From positions 1 to 53,171 of IMG/VR virus record IMGVR_UViG_3300032308_000975: a DNA stretch of 53,171 nucleotides; one strand, 5' to 3'. Each line of letters opens with the position of its first letter. Within the stretch, counting starts at the first letter, position 1. Made by a program: the position numbers and the translations under genes. Of this stretch, positions 1 to 9,210 are shown piece after piece. This stretch comes from a virus (taxonomy: Duplodnaviria; Caudoviricetes). The notes under the pieces were generated by a model. It was not told the origin of the DNA and did no database searches. It was given only the letters and a program-made list of their open reading frames with translations.

Positions 1-309
1 CACTACATCAACACTGCCTTCCACGGAACTGGATACTCTTAGACCCGCTGTCTCTGGAAGGATTAATTTTTCACCCCCGGTGATTAATTTTACCGCAGTG
101 TTAGGCGGTATGATAACGTTTTTAACATACAGTGCTGGAGTCGAATCCTCGTCAACTACGAACACATCCACAGCCACTGTTTCAAATAATGTATTGTTTG
201 CTAGATTACATCCCACTACTGTGGCACGTATACCTTCACCGATCTGTAGCACATCTACAGGTGTAGTTCCTACGTTAGTTGATGTTTTCATTCTAAATAC
301 GGTTGGCAT
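1..309 (-). CDS. Small virion structural protein, 3' end outside the window; paralog of 6814..7203
   Basis: Not in the ORF track. ATG at 309, 7 nt after the upstream stop, opens a frame to position 1: MPTVFRMKTSTNVGTTPVDVL...YVKNVIIPPNTAVKLITGGEKLILPET. This resembles YVVKSLTVPAGETV...ERIILSEG of 6814..7203. Confidence 0.75.
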   Translation of the reverse strand, partial: MPTVFRMKTSTNVGTTPVDVLQIGEGIRATVVGCNLANNTLFETVAVDVFVVDEDSTPALYVKNVIIPPNTAVKLITGGEKLILPETAGLRVSSSVEGSVDVV

Positions 310-316
310 AGTTCTC

Positions 317-1375
317 TTATCCTAGTATTAGCGCATAGATCGCTGAAATCTCATTAGCATCATTTTCTGATACAGCACCAGAAGCACCTGCTGGGTTAGC
401 CCAGGCTCCGATAACCGCATCCCAGACTTCTAAAGCTCTTGACTCTGTGTTATATCTAGTCATACCGGCCACAGCATAGGCAGTTGGTCGATCGCCGTCA
501 TCACCTACAGGAGGTACAAATCCGTTTGTACCTGCTATTTTAAAATATCCTGTACCTGTACTGATAAATTGAGTAACTGCGTTAACAGATATATTTGTAA
601 TTACGTTATTTACAATTTTAAAATTACCCAATCTTACACCGCCGGCACCTGCACCTTGAATGTCGATATCCTGTCCAGCAGTTGTGGTAATTTCGTTATT
701 TCTGAATATTAAATTTCCGATATCTAATTCTGGTACATTTATTGCTGTGGTATAAAAATTATTAATGTAAGCATCGTTCCAGCGATAGCTTGGACTACCT
801 AGATCATACAAATTATCTGTTTCTGGAATTAGATCACTGTTGATACTGGCATTAATGGTGATAGTATCTGTGCTTTGATCACCAATAATAATGTTACCGC
901 CGATAGTGATGTTACCAGTAGCACTGATATCTCCAGTGACATTTAAGTTTCCAGTAACATATGTGTTGGCCTGTAACTGTATATTACCAGTACCGTTGGG
1001 AATTATTTCTATAGAGCTATTCGACACTGTGGTAGATATTACATTGCCCTGTAGTTGTAGGTCATCTACCTGTAATCTGCTATGATAAACTGTGGCTTCA
1101 CCGCCGGAAGCACGGAAGTTGATTATCTGACTGTCACTGTTTATAGTGTTGCCGCTGACGGTGATATCACCAACTGTAAGTTGATTGTCTATCTGTAATG
1201 TGGTACTTCTTGTAGTGCCGTTGACATCTAAGTCGGCTTGTGGAGAGACTTTATTGATGCCAATTCGCGAATTGTTAACATCAATGTATAGAAGGTCAGT
1301 CTCAAAGGCCAGATCCACACCATCTCTGATGAGATTGGACTTTAAGAGCGGACCGGAAATTCGACCAATAGCCAT
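317..1375 (-). CDS. Fibre-like virion structural protein (beta-rich, G/N/T/I-rich repeats)
   Basis: Start moved from the track's 1393 to ATG 1375 (MAIGRISG) because AGGAG lies just upstream. Contains a DLIPETDNLYDLGSPSYRW motif and a C-terminal VPPVG..RP..GMTRYNT..LEVWD module ending ALILG. Confidence 0.7.
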   Translation of the reverse strand: MAIGRISGPLLKSNLIRDGVDLAFETDLLYIDVNNSRIGINKVSPQADLDVNGTTRSTTLQIDNQLTVGDITVSGNTINSDSQIINFRASGGEATVYHSRLQVDDLQLQGNVISTTVSNSSIEIIPNGTGNIQLQANTYVTGNLNVTGDISATGNITIGGNIIIGDQSTDTITINASINSDLIPETDNLYDLGSPSYRWNDAYINNFYTTAINVPELDIGNLIFRNNEITTTAGQDIDIQGAGAGGVRLGNFKIVNNVITNISVNAVTQFISTGTGYFKIAGTNGFVPPVGDDGDRPTAYAVAGMTRYNTESRALEVWDAVIGAWANPAGASGAVSENDANEISAIYALILG

Positions 1376-1476
1376 TCGCTCTCCTAAAGACACCGTGTTT
1401 CACGGATAACCACATTACATAGCGGGTTTACCACTGTTGGATCCCACAGAAAATGGTCGTTTCCTGTGATTAGTAG
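1376..1476 (-). ncRNA. Candidate structured 5' leader RNA with pseudoknot
   Basis: Lies between TAAATA (1477-1482) and the RBS. Hairpin 1445-1468 has a loop GACCAU that can pair with GUGGUU (1408-1413), and there is a hairpin CCGUG-AAA-CACGG at 1393-1405. Confidence 0.4.
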
Positions 1477-1482
1477 TATTTA
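1477..1482 (-). promoter_or_regulatory. T4-type late promoter core (TAAATA)
   Basis: CTAAATAC on the minus strand, intergenic. A gp55-like sigma factor is encoded in the window. Confidence 0.6.
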
Positions 1483-1495
1483 GTCAGAATGGAAA

Positions 1496-3130
1496 TTAAC
1501 CCAGGAATAGGGCTCGAGTTATGGCTAATTCTATCATTAGGTCGTTGGTAACCACAGCACCTGGGCCGGTGGACACAATATATCTTTCGCCGTCAAAACA
1601 TTCTAAAAGATTTAGATCAGTGTTCCAGCGTGTATCGCCTACTTCTAGGTATTGTCTTTCTGCTGAAGTTCCTACAGGTATAACAAAAGCTGTATTATCA
1701 TCAAAAACTGTATAACCTGTACCCGTAGAAGCCACAGTAAAAGGCGTATCATTTATAGTAGTTCCTGCCTGTCCCCATTTGGCATATTCTGTAGGGTTTG
1801 TTACGATAGCTGGTCGTAATTTAGTACGGTACCAGATCTGTTCGTTGGTTGTGCCGTTGGTTCTGTTGTAGATCTCTAATACCTTATTAGCATCTTGTAT
1901 GTCTAATACGCCAGGATTATCCAGATCGTTTCTAACGTCTCCTAAAAGGCTAGTTCTTTCAGTTCTTACTACCTGTCCGCCCCCTAGGAAATATTCTGGT
2001 CCTGTGACCACTGTGTTAAACAAACTAGCATTTGGATCTCCGGCAGCGGCAGCTAAAATACCCGCTCCTGTTAGATTAGGATCTAGATCGGGCTGCTGCA
2101 TTAAGCTGGTAATATCGTTATTTTGAAATACCAGTTCTTCAATATTATTGATACCGGTATCAGGATTTAATATAAGATCTTCATTGCCAGAAATAGCGTA
2201 GATTCTGTTAGATCCTGTTCCCCCTAAACGCATCTTGTTGTTAACATAGGCATTAGTAGGAATCAAATTTGTAATATTAGTCCAGTCGTCTATGTGTGCT
2301 TCTGCCCAGCGTTTGAGAGGTGAACCTAATTTCAAGTTAGACAATCCGGGGTTGATATCCTGGCTGAAGTCAGTCTGTATAGTTACAACATCTAAAGGAC
2401 TATCACCTACTATGATATTACTGGTAGTCTGTAGATTACCACCTATTACTGTATTTCCAGACACAGATAGGGCAGGTAAAAGAGGATTATTTGCTACAAT
2501 AGTAGTGCTTCTAGTTAATTCTATTGTGCCAGAAGCATTAGGATCGAATACAATGTTTTGATTAGATCTACTCTGTATAGAATTTCCATCGAACACTAGC
2601 ACAGGATTGTTAGAAACATCGATAGTACCTAGGCGATCAAACAGTGCTATACCGTTGTCATAACCGTGTGTGATTTCGATAGGTCCCGATGCTGTGGTGA
2701 TAGTTCTTGGGGCTTGGAATGTGATGTTATCTACATAAGCAGTGGATGTTGCTTCGGCATCGTTGGAAATGATCAACGAACTAACATCTAAAGTATAAAC
2801 AGGATTATTAACATTTATACCCACAGCTCTGCCAGAACTACCAGATCCCCAGTTAGGATCTCCGTCGTCGTAAGGAGGTTCTGTTAGGATAGAATATTGA
2901 GGATCCAGAAAGGGATCGTTTGTAGAAGCATATCCTTCTTTTGGATCTCCTACTTTTAGATATAAAATTTCTGGATCGCTGAGTGTATTTCTAAATGCTA
3001 GGTCAACACCGTTTCGTACTAGATTAGCAGACAGTGCTTTACCGCCGATTCTACCTAGTTGGGCAACATACAGCGATTCACTACCGCCTGATTCTTCTTC
3101 GCCTAAACCGCTGGTTCCTAGTATTGACAT
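1496..3130 (-). CDS. Fibre-like virion structural protein, paralog of 317..1375
   Basis: Shares the N-terminal GRI.G..L..NL.R.GVDLAF motif and the C-terminal VIPVGTSAER..GDTRWNT..LECFD...ALFLG module with the adjacent gene. Confidence 0.7.
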   Translation of the reverse strand: MSILGTSGLGEEESGGSESLYVAQLGRIGGKALSANLVRNGVDLAFRNTLSDPEILYLKVGDPKEGYASTNDPFLDPQYSILTEPPYDDGDPNWGSGSSGRAVGINVNNPVYTLDVSSLIISNDAEATSTAYVDNITFQAPRTITTASGPIEITHGYDNGIALFDRLGTIDVSNNPVLVFDGNSIQSRSNQNIVFDPNASGTIELTRSTTIVANNPLLPALSVSGNTVIGGNLQTTSNIIVGDSPLDVVTIQTDFSQDINPGLSNLKLGSPLKRWAEAHIDDWTNITNLIPTNAYVNNKMRLGGTGSNRIYAISGNEDLILNPDTGINNIEELVFQNNDITSLMQQPDLDPNLTGAGILAAAAGDPNASLFNTVVTGPEYFLGGGQVVRTERTSLLGDVRNDLDNPGVLDIQDANKVLEIYNRTNGTTNEQIWYRTKLRPAIVTNPTEYAKWGQAGTTINDTPFTVASTGTGYTVFDDNTAFVIPVGTSAERQYLEVGDTRWNTDLNLLECFDGERYIVSTGPGAVVTNDLMIELAITRALFLG

Positions 3131-3139
3131 ATTTGCTCC

Positions 3140-4741
3140 TTATACAGTCCTGCGTATTCTTACCCTAGGATAAGTCTGCACGGCTGTGGTCCTAATTTTA
3201 TAATCTACTTTTGGAAATAATCTTCCCGAATCTTTTCTTTCTTTATAAAAAAACAGATATTTGTTTTCTGCTCCCTGTAGAGAAGTGGTATCAGTATACC
3301 CACCGCCCGTATCTGAGATCTGATTATTTTTAGCGTAATATTTGATATAGCTCACTGCTTCATCTTGTCTCATTCGAGGATAGGTTTCTAAAGCACAGGC
3401 TAAAACTCCTGCGACCTGTGGACTGGCCATGCTGGTTCCTTGGTATTTTCCTATCCTATAACTGACATCTCTAGGATCAAATGTACCACCGCTGTGTAAG
3501 CTGCTCATGATATTTTGTCCAGGAGCATATAGATCAACTCTTGGTCCAGCATTGCTAAATGTTGCTTTTGATTCGTTGACCAGAGCACTAACTGCGCCTA
3601 CACAGATCGATGTAGAAGCAGCACTAGGACTTCCGCCCCTGTGATAAAACACGTTAGAGCCGCTCCAGATAAATCTGTTGTTGAAATCTGGGCCTGTGGT
3701 AGTGTCTATTTTTACATAGTCATTTCCAGCAGCACCTACTACAATAATTCCATCATTGATAGCATCTAAAATATCCTGATCCATAGCAGTGACTCGCACA
3801 GGACCAAAAGCACTACCGCCCGAAACAAACAAACCAAAATTTAATAACTGAGCATCTGTGAATGGTGCGTTGTTTACTACACCTCGATATATCACAGAAC
3901 TAATTCCTGTGGTTGGTAGTTCGTATCCATAGCCCCAACTGTTGTTTACTAATGTAGGATTTTTAATACCTGTCGCAGGGTTCACTGTTTTAGTATTATG
4001 CCATTGACGTATGTAATCAAATATCAACAGTGTAGAAATTCCATTTATATCAGTGCCGTAGGGATTGATATTGTAGATGTTAGCAGATCTAGCCCAACCT
4101 TGTGTACTACCCGCTACAGTTCCTGCTACATGCATTCCGTGATTATTATCATCGGTTCTGTCTGCGTTACCGCCGTCGATATAGGGAGTATAGGTATAGG
4201 TACTGCCTAGATAACCTCTCCAATTATACTGAACTACTCTAGATCCTCCAGTTCCGTTACTGTTTACAGCAAATTCCGGATGTGCTGGATTTATCATTCC
4301 GTCTACGATAACCACATCAACATTTCTACCCGAAGCATTAGTGCGTATAGTTCCGGACTGAACAGCAGTTCCGTTGCTGCCCCAGTTAGAGATTTGTTGT
4401 CCATTAACGCATCTTAGTAGTCCCCAGTTCTTATGTGTTGAACTGTTAGTTGACGATTTATCCCAGCTAGTTTCTGTTTGTATAAAAGCAGGTCTAGGTT
4501 TAAATCCTAGATCTTCTGGTAACTGCTCTACTGCCATAACTCTAGGATCATTTCTAAGATCAGCAGCTTCTTCATCGGTCAGCATATAATGAGTATTTCT
4601 GCTGATTTCTCTTCTTAGAGCACAGTCACAGCTGCGATTTGGAATATAAAGATTTCCGCCAGGAGTTTCCATATCCTCGTAAAAGGAATCTAGATCATCA
4701 TAGCTATGAAGTGTGACTATAAATTCTTTTAATTCGCTCAT
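3140..4741 (-). CDS. Subtilisin-family (S8) serine protease with N-terminal propeptide
   Basis: Catalytic triad motifs VVIVDG (Asp), NNHGMHVAGT (His) and GTSMASPQVAG (Ser), plus the oxyanion motif AAGN and FSNAGPRVDLYAPG. Confidence 0.92.
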   Translation of the reverse strand: MSELKEFIVTLHSYDDLDSFYEDMETPGGNLYIPNRSCDCALRREISRNTHYMLTDEEAADLRNDPRVMAVEQLPEDLGFKPRPAFIQTETSWDKSSTNSSTHKNWGLLRCVNGQQISNWGSNGTAVQSGTIRTNASGRNVDVVIVDGMINPAHPEFAVNSNGTGGSRVVQYNWRGYLGSTYTYTPYIDGGNADRTDDNNHGMHVAGTVAGSTQGWARSANIYNINPYGTDINGISTLLIFDYIRQWHNTKTVNPATGIKNPTLVNNSWGYGYELPTTGISSVIYRGVVNNAPFTDAQLLNFGLFVSGGSAFGPVRVTAMDQDILDAINDGIIVVGAAGNDYVKIDTTTGPDFNNRFIWSGSNVFYHRGGSPSAASTSICVGAVSALVNESKATFSNAGPRVDLYAPGQNIMSSLHSGGTFDPRDVSYRIGKYQGTSMASPQVAGVLACALETYPRMRQDEAVSYIKYYAKNNQISDTGGGYTDTTSLQGAENKYLFFYKERKDSGRLFPKVDYKIRTTAVQTYPRVRIRRTV

Positions 4742-4742
4742 C

Positions 4743-6254
4743 TTAATCTTCTAACTGTAACAGTGTTAATGTCACTGTTATGTTTGCGGAACCTCCGCTT
4801 TTATTTGTCACTGTCATTGGGATCGATGTAGTAGGTGTTGATTCGTTGTTAAATCCTATAACACCCGGACTCATCAAAACTGTCTGTGCTGAGGTAGTAA
4901 TTATTTCTGAAATCACTCCTGCGTTGGGGCTCGGATCTACAGTTTCTAATCTACTAATATCTGCGGTTCTTGAAGCAGCATCGGCATAGATCCTAATCCA
5001 GGCTGCTGCTGACGTTTGTATTTTTAACAAGGCATAACTTTTGAATCCTGTTGCCTCTATCTGTGAAGTTGCTCCGTTAAGGATAGTACCTGTGCTGGAG
5101 ACAACTATCGATCTTGTTTTTGGAGTTGATGCTGCTGAAATGGCTATCGTGTTAGCATCGGTTCTTATGATAGAAATATTCGAACCTTCAGAGAATTTAA
5201 CGTTATCAAAATCCCCATTGTTACCCGACAATCTTAGATTGGCTCCACCTGCTACTGTTTCAGCAGATATCTGATAGGTAACAACATCTCCCGCTGGTCC
5301 TTGTGGTCCAGTGGGACCTTCTGGTCCTTGTGGCCCTGTGGGTCCAGTGGGACCTTGTACTCCGGGCTCCCCTTGTGGACCTGCGGCTCCTGTAGCACCT
5401 GCCGGTCCTTGTATGCCCTGTGGTCCTTGTGCTCCCTGTGGGCCTGTAGGGCCTGTGGCCCCTTGTGGTCCTCGAATAGGGCCTACGTTTTCCCACGATG
5501 TTCCATTCCAGAGATAACCATCTCCAGAACTAGTGGTTACATATAAATCGCCTACTGTGTTACCCGATAACGGTAAAAAAGAAGGATTAGTTACAGATCC
5601 TTTTAAACTGACACTGGTTCCGGATGGTCCTTGTGGTCCTGTAGTGCCTGTTGGTCCTTGTATGCCTTGTGGTCCTTGTGGTCCGGTTGGTCCTTGTGGA
5701 CCTGTAGGGCCTGTGGGTCCTAATAATGGTGTAGGAGTACCGACACCAACAGAAGTATTGAGAACCCCTCCTACGTTGGTTAATCTTAAATCTCCTAACC
5801 ATAGACTACTAGGTCCTAGATAAAGAGAATGCCATCTTTTAACTGCTGAACCAAGGTATCTAGTATTATCTGTATCAGGTATGATATCTTCGTTGACAGA
5901 GTTTAAAGGAGGTATAGGATTGAATCCCCCTCCATCGATGACTGCTTGACTTAGACTGCTGGGAAATGTTACGAAAACAGTCTTGGAACCTGTGGGAAAG
6001 TTTATTTTTGCTCCACCGGTTGAGCTGTCGATTATAGTGTTTCTTCTAAGTGTTTCTACAGAACTATCGGATTCGTAGGTTCCTAATCCTACTTCCCAAT
6101 TTCCTACTGCGTCAGTAATAGCATAGTATGTTTGATTTCCGTTGCCTACGGCGGCAAAACTTTGAAATCCTTCTACGACATTTTCGAGGATAAAATCTTC
6201 TGTTCCTATAGTACGTGATCGTACTTTTACGCGGTCAGCAAATACAATTGCCAT
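4743..6254 (-). CDS. Collagen-like virion fibre protein
   Basis: Two Gly-X-Y tracts (GPT/GPQ). ATG 6254 with upstream GGAG is preferred over the track's 6260. Confidence 0.85.
   Translation of the reverse strand: MAIVFADRVKVRSRTIGTEDFILENVVEGFQSFAAVGNGNQTYYAITDAVGNWEVGLGTYESDSSVETLRRNTIIDSSTGGAKINFPTGSKTVFVTFPSSLSQAVIDGGGFNPIPPLNSVNEDIIPDTDNTRYLGSAVKRWHSLYLGPSSLWLGDLRLTNVGGVLNTSVGVGTPTPLLGPTGPTGPQGPTGPQGPQGIQGPTGTTGPQGPSGTSVSLKGSVTNPSFLPLSGNTVGDLYVTTSSGDGYLWNGTSWENVGPIRGPQGATGPTGPQGAQGPQGIQGPAGATGAAGPQGEPGVQGPTGPTGPQGPEGPTGPQGPAGDVVTYQISAETVAGGANLRLSGNNGDFDNVKFSEGSNISIIRTDANTIAISAASTPKTRSIVVSSTGTILNGATSQIEATGFKSYALLKIQTSAAAWIRIYADAASRTADISRLETVDPSPNAGVISEIITTSAQTVLMSPGVIGFNNESTPTTSIPMTVTNKSGGSANITVTLTLLQLED
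5289..5471 (-). repeat. Collagen Gly-X-Y coding repeat, tract 2
   Basis: 9-nt periodic GGNCCNCAA/ACN repeats encoding [12 protein letters not shown]...GPAG. Confidence 0.9.
5619..5720 (-). repeat. Collagen Gly-X-Y coding repeat, tract 1
   Basis: Encodes [34 protein letters not shown]. Confidence 0.9.
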
Positions 6255-6277
6255 TACCAATCTCCAAATTTATCTAG

Positions 6278-6283
6278 TATTTA
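6278..6283 (-). promoter_or_regulatory. Late promoter core (TAAATA)
   Basis: TTAAATAC in the intergenic gap upstream of the collagen gene. Confidence 0.6.
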
Positions 6284-6295
6284 ACAGAAATTGGA

Positions 6296-6817
6296 TTAGT
6301 TAGCGAAGCCGAAGAAGATAGTTATGAATTTATCTAAGGGCACAGGGCTGGTAAATTCTATGTAGGCCGTGCCAGATCCTAGATAATTGTAAAGAATATT
6401 ATAGTTAGTTTGAGATATTTGAAATACATTTTCCACTAAAACAAGGATACTTTCGTCACTTAGCGGAACAATGTTTAGAGGTCCAAAAATCGTAGTAACA
6501 TCGTTACCTGGTCCTAGTGTTTGTTTAGTTATCGCACTGACGCCCGGAGCAGCTACTACTTGCCATACATTGTTAATATACCCTTCGATAGCGTTAGTGT
6601 CAGTGTTGTAGCGTATGTACCCATTGGCTCCGTTTGGTGTTCTTACAAAATTGCCTGTAACTCCTGAATTAGTTACTAAGGGCCTCTCAGCGGTACTGCC
6701 TTTTGGCAATCTTAGAGCACCAGTTAGATCCATGACTGCCCTACCAAAATGATTAGTGAGCAAGCTATTGTCGCTGGGACTGTATTTGCTGATAGTTTTT
6801 TGTTTTAGAAATCTCAT
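6296..6817 (-). CDS. Virion structural protein
   Basis: LRLPKGSTAERP...GYIRYNTDTNAIEGY module shared with the neighbouring fibre genes, and a C-terminal Ig-like ILVLVENVFQ segment. Confidence 0.65.
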   Translation of the reverse strand: MRFLKQKTISKYSPSDNSLLTNHFGRAVMDLTGALRLPKGSTAERPLVTNSGVTGNFVRTPNGANGYIRYNTDTNAIEGYINNVWQVVAAPGVSAITKQTLGPGNDVTTIFGPLNIVPLSDESILVLVENVFQISQTNYNILYNYLGSGTAYIEFTSPVPLDKFITIFFGFAN

Positions 6818-7203
6818 ACTGGCATCGAACTCACTGTTACTGCTATTAAATTAGCCGCACTGGCAGTTACTACCACTTTGTCTCCTTCACTGAGGATGAT
6901 TCTTTCATCGCTGAAAAATACAGTTTCCCCAGCGGGTACTGTAAGACTTTTTACCACATAATGTTGTGTTGCCGGGGCGATATTATAAGGTACCAGTTGA
7001 ATGTCTATGTTAGCACTGTTTACAGTTTCATCTGTTAGATTAGGTGCTCCTACATTGCAGAATGCTATTGTTGTAATAGCATTAACTCGACCTGCAGGAA
7101 GTGCTGGGGGTCCTACTGAAACTGATCCAACTTCTGCGCCAGTAGTTGAACTAGCATATACTACTGTTGGTCCAGTTGTTGTTAAAAGTGTGCTGTATAT
7201 CAT
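6814..7203 (-). CDS. Small virion structural protein, paralog of 1..309
   Basis: 129-aa beta-rich ORF with an ATGA overlap to the next gene. Confidence 0.65.
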   Translation of the reverse strand: MIYSTLLTTTGPTVVYASSTTGAEVGSVSVGPPALPAGRVNAITTIAFCNVGAPNLTDETVNSANIDIQLVPYNIAPATQHYVVKSLTVPAGETVFFSDERIILSEGDKVVVTASAANLIAVTVSSMPV

Positions 7204-7212
7204 ATTGATCTC

Positions 7213-8295
7213 TTAAAATACCATAGCGAATAATAATGCTCTGTTTTTATTTACTAATTCTCCTGCTATAGAATCCGCTACTGTATTGTTAAATGTGTTG
7301 TGATAAACACCTGTGTTACCTGTGCTGATATCGCCAGCATATAGTAGACTTGATTCTGGTATTGCCGTAGGAGTCGCATTTTCGTTGTTTAATTGTAAAG
7401 CATAACTGATTTCTACTCTGCCGGTGTCAGTTGTTTCTAATTTAATATTTCCGCTGGTCCCGTTAGCTTGTATTACAACTGTATTTGGATCGTTAAAATC
7501 ATACGGGTTAGTTGGTGATTCTTGGAATATATTAAGAAATGTACCTAACGTTAATCCGTTGTTATAAAACGTAGCCATTTTCTGGTTGTCGACTACAACA
7601 ACCACTTGACTTTCGGCAGGTTGGCTTAGGAAAGGACCTATACCGCCGCCAGGGAATGGAGATACTGGACTATCTTTATCAAATGCGATCACCCTAGTAT
7701 CTGTTCTTGTTATCTGATAAGTTGGATTATTTTGTATCGCAGAATCAACATAACCTTTATTAGTAAGTATGTCGTTGGCCTGTGGATCAGATGCTAATGC
7801 TCTGTCTATGATTTCTTGAGTGTAATCATCTGTTCCGCTTATTTTTACCACTCCGGTTCCTGTTCCTATAATAGTCAAGTCACCGTTATCTGTTCCTGTG
7901 TCGGTTAAAATTTCTTTTAATCTAAGTTTTCCATTTACAAATGCAGTTTCAGATCCAGGATTAAAATTAAATTGTCGTAATTCCCAAGCAGGCGGAGAGG
8001 CACTGTCATTCCATACAAAATTTACATTGTCTAAAGAGCCTCTCTCGACTTCTAAACCTGCATAATCAAAAGTTACACCTGCTCCAGTTTCTCCAGAATT
8101 AACAGTGATGATCCTATCTTCTACATCAAGTTGTGTAGTATTAATAGTTGTCTGTGTGCCTAATACCTGTAGATTACCGGTAACGATAACATTACCAATT
8201 TCTATACCAGTGTCTAGGGTAATAGTACCACCTTCTGGCCTGTCAGAAACTACTTTGATATTATAGTCACCGTTAGTCTGGATAAACTGTCCCAT
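7213..8295 (-). CDS. Fibre-like virion structural protein
   Basis: VTGNLQVLGTQTTINTTQLDVEDRII..N.GE, AGLEVERG and NKGYVD motifs typical of phage fibre proteins; hydrophobic C-terminus RALLFAMVF. Confidence 0.7.
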   Translation of the reverse strand: MGQFIQTNGDYNIKVVSDRPEGGTITLDTGIEIGNVIVTGNLQVLGTQTTINTTQLDVEDRIITVNSGETGAGVTFDYAGLEVERGSLDNVNFVWNDSASPPAWELRQFNFNPGSETAFVNGKLRLKEILTDTGTDNGDLTIIGTGTGVVKISGTDDYTQEIIDRALASDPQANDILTNKGYVDSAIQNNPTYQITRTDTRVIAFDKDSPVSPFPGGGIGPFLSQPAESQVVVVVDNQKMATFYNNGLTLGTFLNIFQESPTNPYDFNDPNTVVIQANGTSGNIKLETTDTGRVEISYALQLNNENATPTAIPESSLLYAGDISTGNTGVYHNTFNNTVADSIAGELVNKNRALLFAMVF

Positions 8296-8307
8296 CGTGT
8301 TTCCTAA

Positions 8308-8784
8308 TTATAGAACTGCTGTGATTTCTGTTAATACAAGGATATCAGCAGAAGAATCGTTTTCTATATACCATTTATATTTCTTTTGATTATGGTTAGT
8401 AGTTGCGTTTGAATCTTCTGAATTCCAAAGACTGCTAGCAGAATTTAACACAGGCACTGTAGGAAAACCAACAGCCACTCTACGTGTGATTTTTGAAATA
8501 GCTACAGGACTATTGGCATTGCCTCCTACATATCCTTCCATGCGCATTTCTCCTGCAGCGTTAGGTGTTGTATCGACTAGTTTACAGACTTTGTAGTTTG
8601 CTGGTGTAGCGATGTCGCCTACTCTGGCAACAACAAAAGTTCTTGCTCCGCGTTGCTTGATAATAACACCGTCTGTTCTTAGTGAAGAACCGTCATAGAA
8701 ATCTACTCTAATACCTGTTGTGGCGCCTGCGCCTGTGCCGATGACTTTGTCACCGTTTACATCTTTAAATAATGGACGTCCCAT
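8308..8784 (-). CDS. Hypothetical late (probably virion) protein
   Basis: 158-aa ORF with a strong RBS (AAGGAG) and its own TAAATA promoter. Confidence 0.7.
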   Translation of the reverse strand: MGRPLFKDVNGDKVIGTGAGATTGIRVDFYDGSSLRTDGVIIKQRGARTFVVARVGDIATPANYKVCKLVDTTPNAAGEMRMEGYVGGNANSPVAISKITRRVAVGFPTVPVLNSASSLWNSEDSNATTNHNQKKYKWYIENDSSADILVLTEITAVL

Positions 8785-8869
8785 TTGTTTTCTCCTTATG
8801 TTGACGTTCTAGGTCTACGCTGCGGGTTACAGCATAAGTCCGCCCAATGCGGCTCTCATTTAGACAAAG
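8785..8869 (-). ncRNA. Candidate structured 5' leader RNA
   Basis: Hairpins CCGC-AUUGG-GCGG (8840-8852) and UAUGCUG/CAGCGUA (8816-8836), with possible GUCUA/UAGAC closure. Confidence 0.4.
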
Positions 8870-8875
8870 TATTTA
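8870..8875 (-). promoter_or_regulatory. Late promoter core (TAAATA)
   Basis: GATAAATAC overlapping the stop codon of the upstream gene. Confidence 0.65.
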
Positions 8876-9142
8876 TCCTTGACTGAGCATAGCCATAAGC
8901 TCTAGTTTTTCAACTGTGGCTAATACTCTATTGATATTGTCTATGGCCTGCTGTTGCTGTTCTAAATAACTTTTTTTCTTAGTCTGTCTTAAAAAAACTC
9001 CGGCCGTAGAATGGTCTTGTATGAATTTTTCTATGATTTTCTCTATTTGTATTATATCATGAGAAAACATAGGAAATCGTTTTCTCCATAAAGAAAACTG
9101 TTTTCTAAGTTCAGGAAAATCTCGTTCGCTTTCTATTCTCAT
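8873..9142 (-). CDS. Hypothetical helical protein (89 aa)
   Basis: The track's start at 9163 lies inside the terminator. ATG 9142 (MRIESERDF) sits 5 nt downstream of TAAATA (9148-9153). Confidence 0.6.
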   Translation of the reverse strand: MRIESERDFPELRKQFSLWRKRFPMFSHDIIQIEKIIEKFIQDHSTAGVFLRQTKKKSYLEQQQQAIDNINRVLATVEKLELMAMLSQG

Positions 9143-9147
9143 GAAGG

Positions 9148-9153
9148 TATTTA
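9148..9153 (-). promoter_or_regulatory. Late promoter core (TAAATA), probably giving a leaderless mRNA
   Basis: CTTAAATA-CCTTC-ATG. Confidence 0.5.
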
Positions 9154-9160
9154 AGTCAAA

Positions 9161-9186
9161 CAAAAAGGGCCTTGCGGCCCTTTTTG
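9161..9186 (-). terminator. Rho-independent terminator after the major capsid gene (potentially bidirectional)
   Basis: CAAAAAGGGCC-GCAA-GGCCCTTTTTG on the minus strand: perfect stem, GNRA loop, U tract. Confidence 0.9.
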
Positions 9187-9210
9187 AACTTTTGCTATTA
9201 AAGTCAGCGA

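Noticed and set aside
5260-5823. Short periodic repeats and several overlapping ORFs (possible CRISPR array or extra genes)
   Set aside because: The 9-nt periodicity is fully explained by collagen Gly-X-Y codons. There are no unique spacers, and the extra ORFs are frame or antisense shadows.
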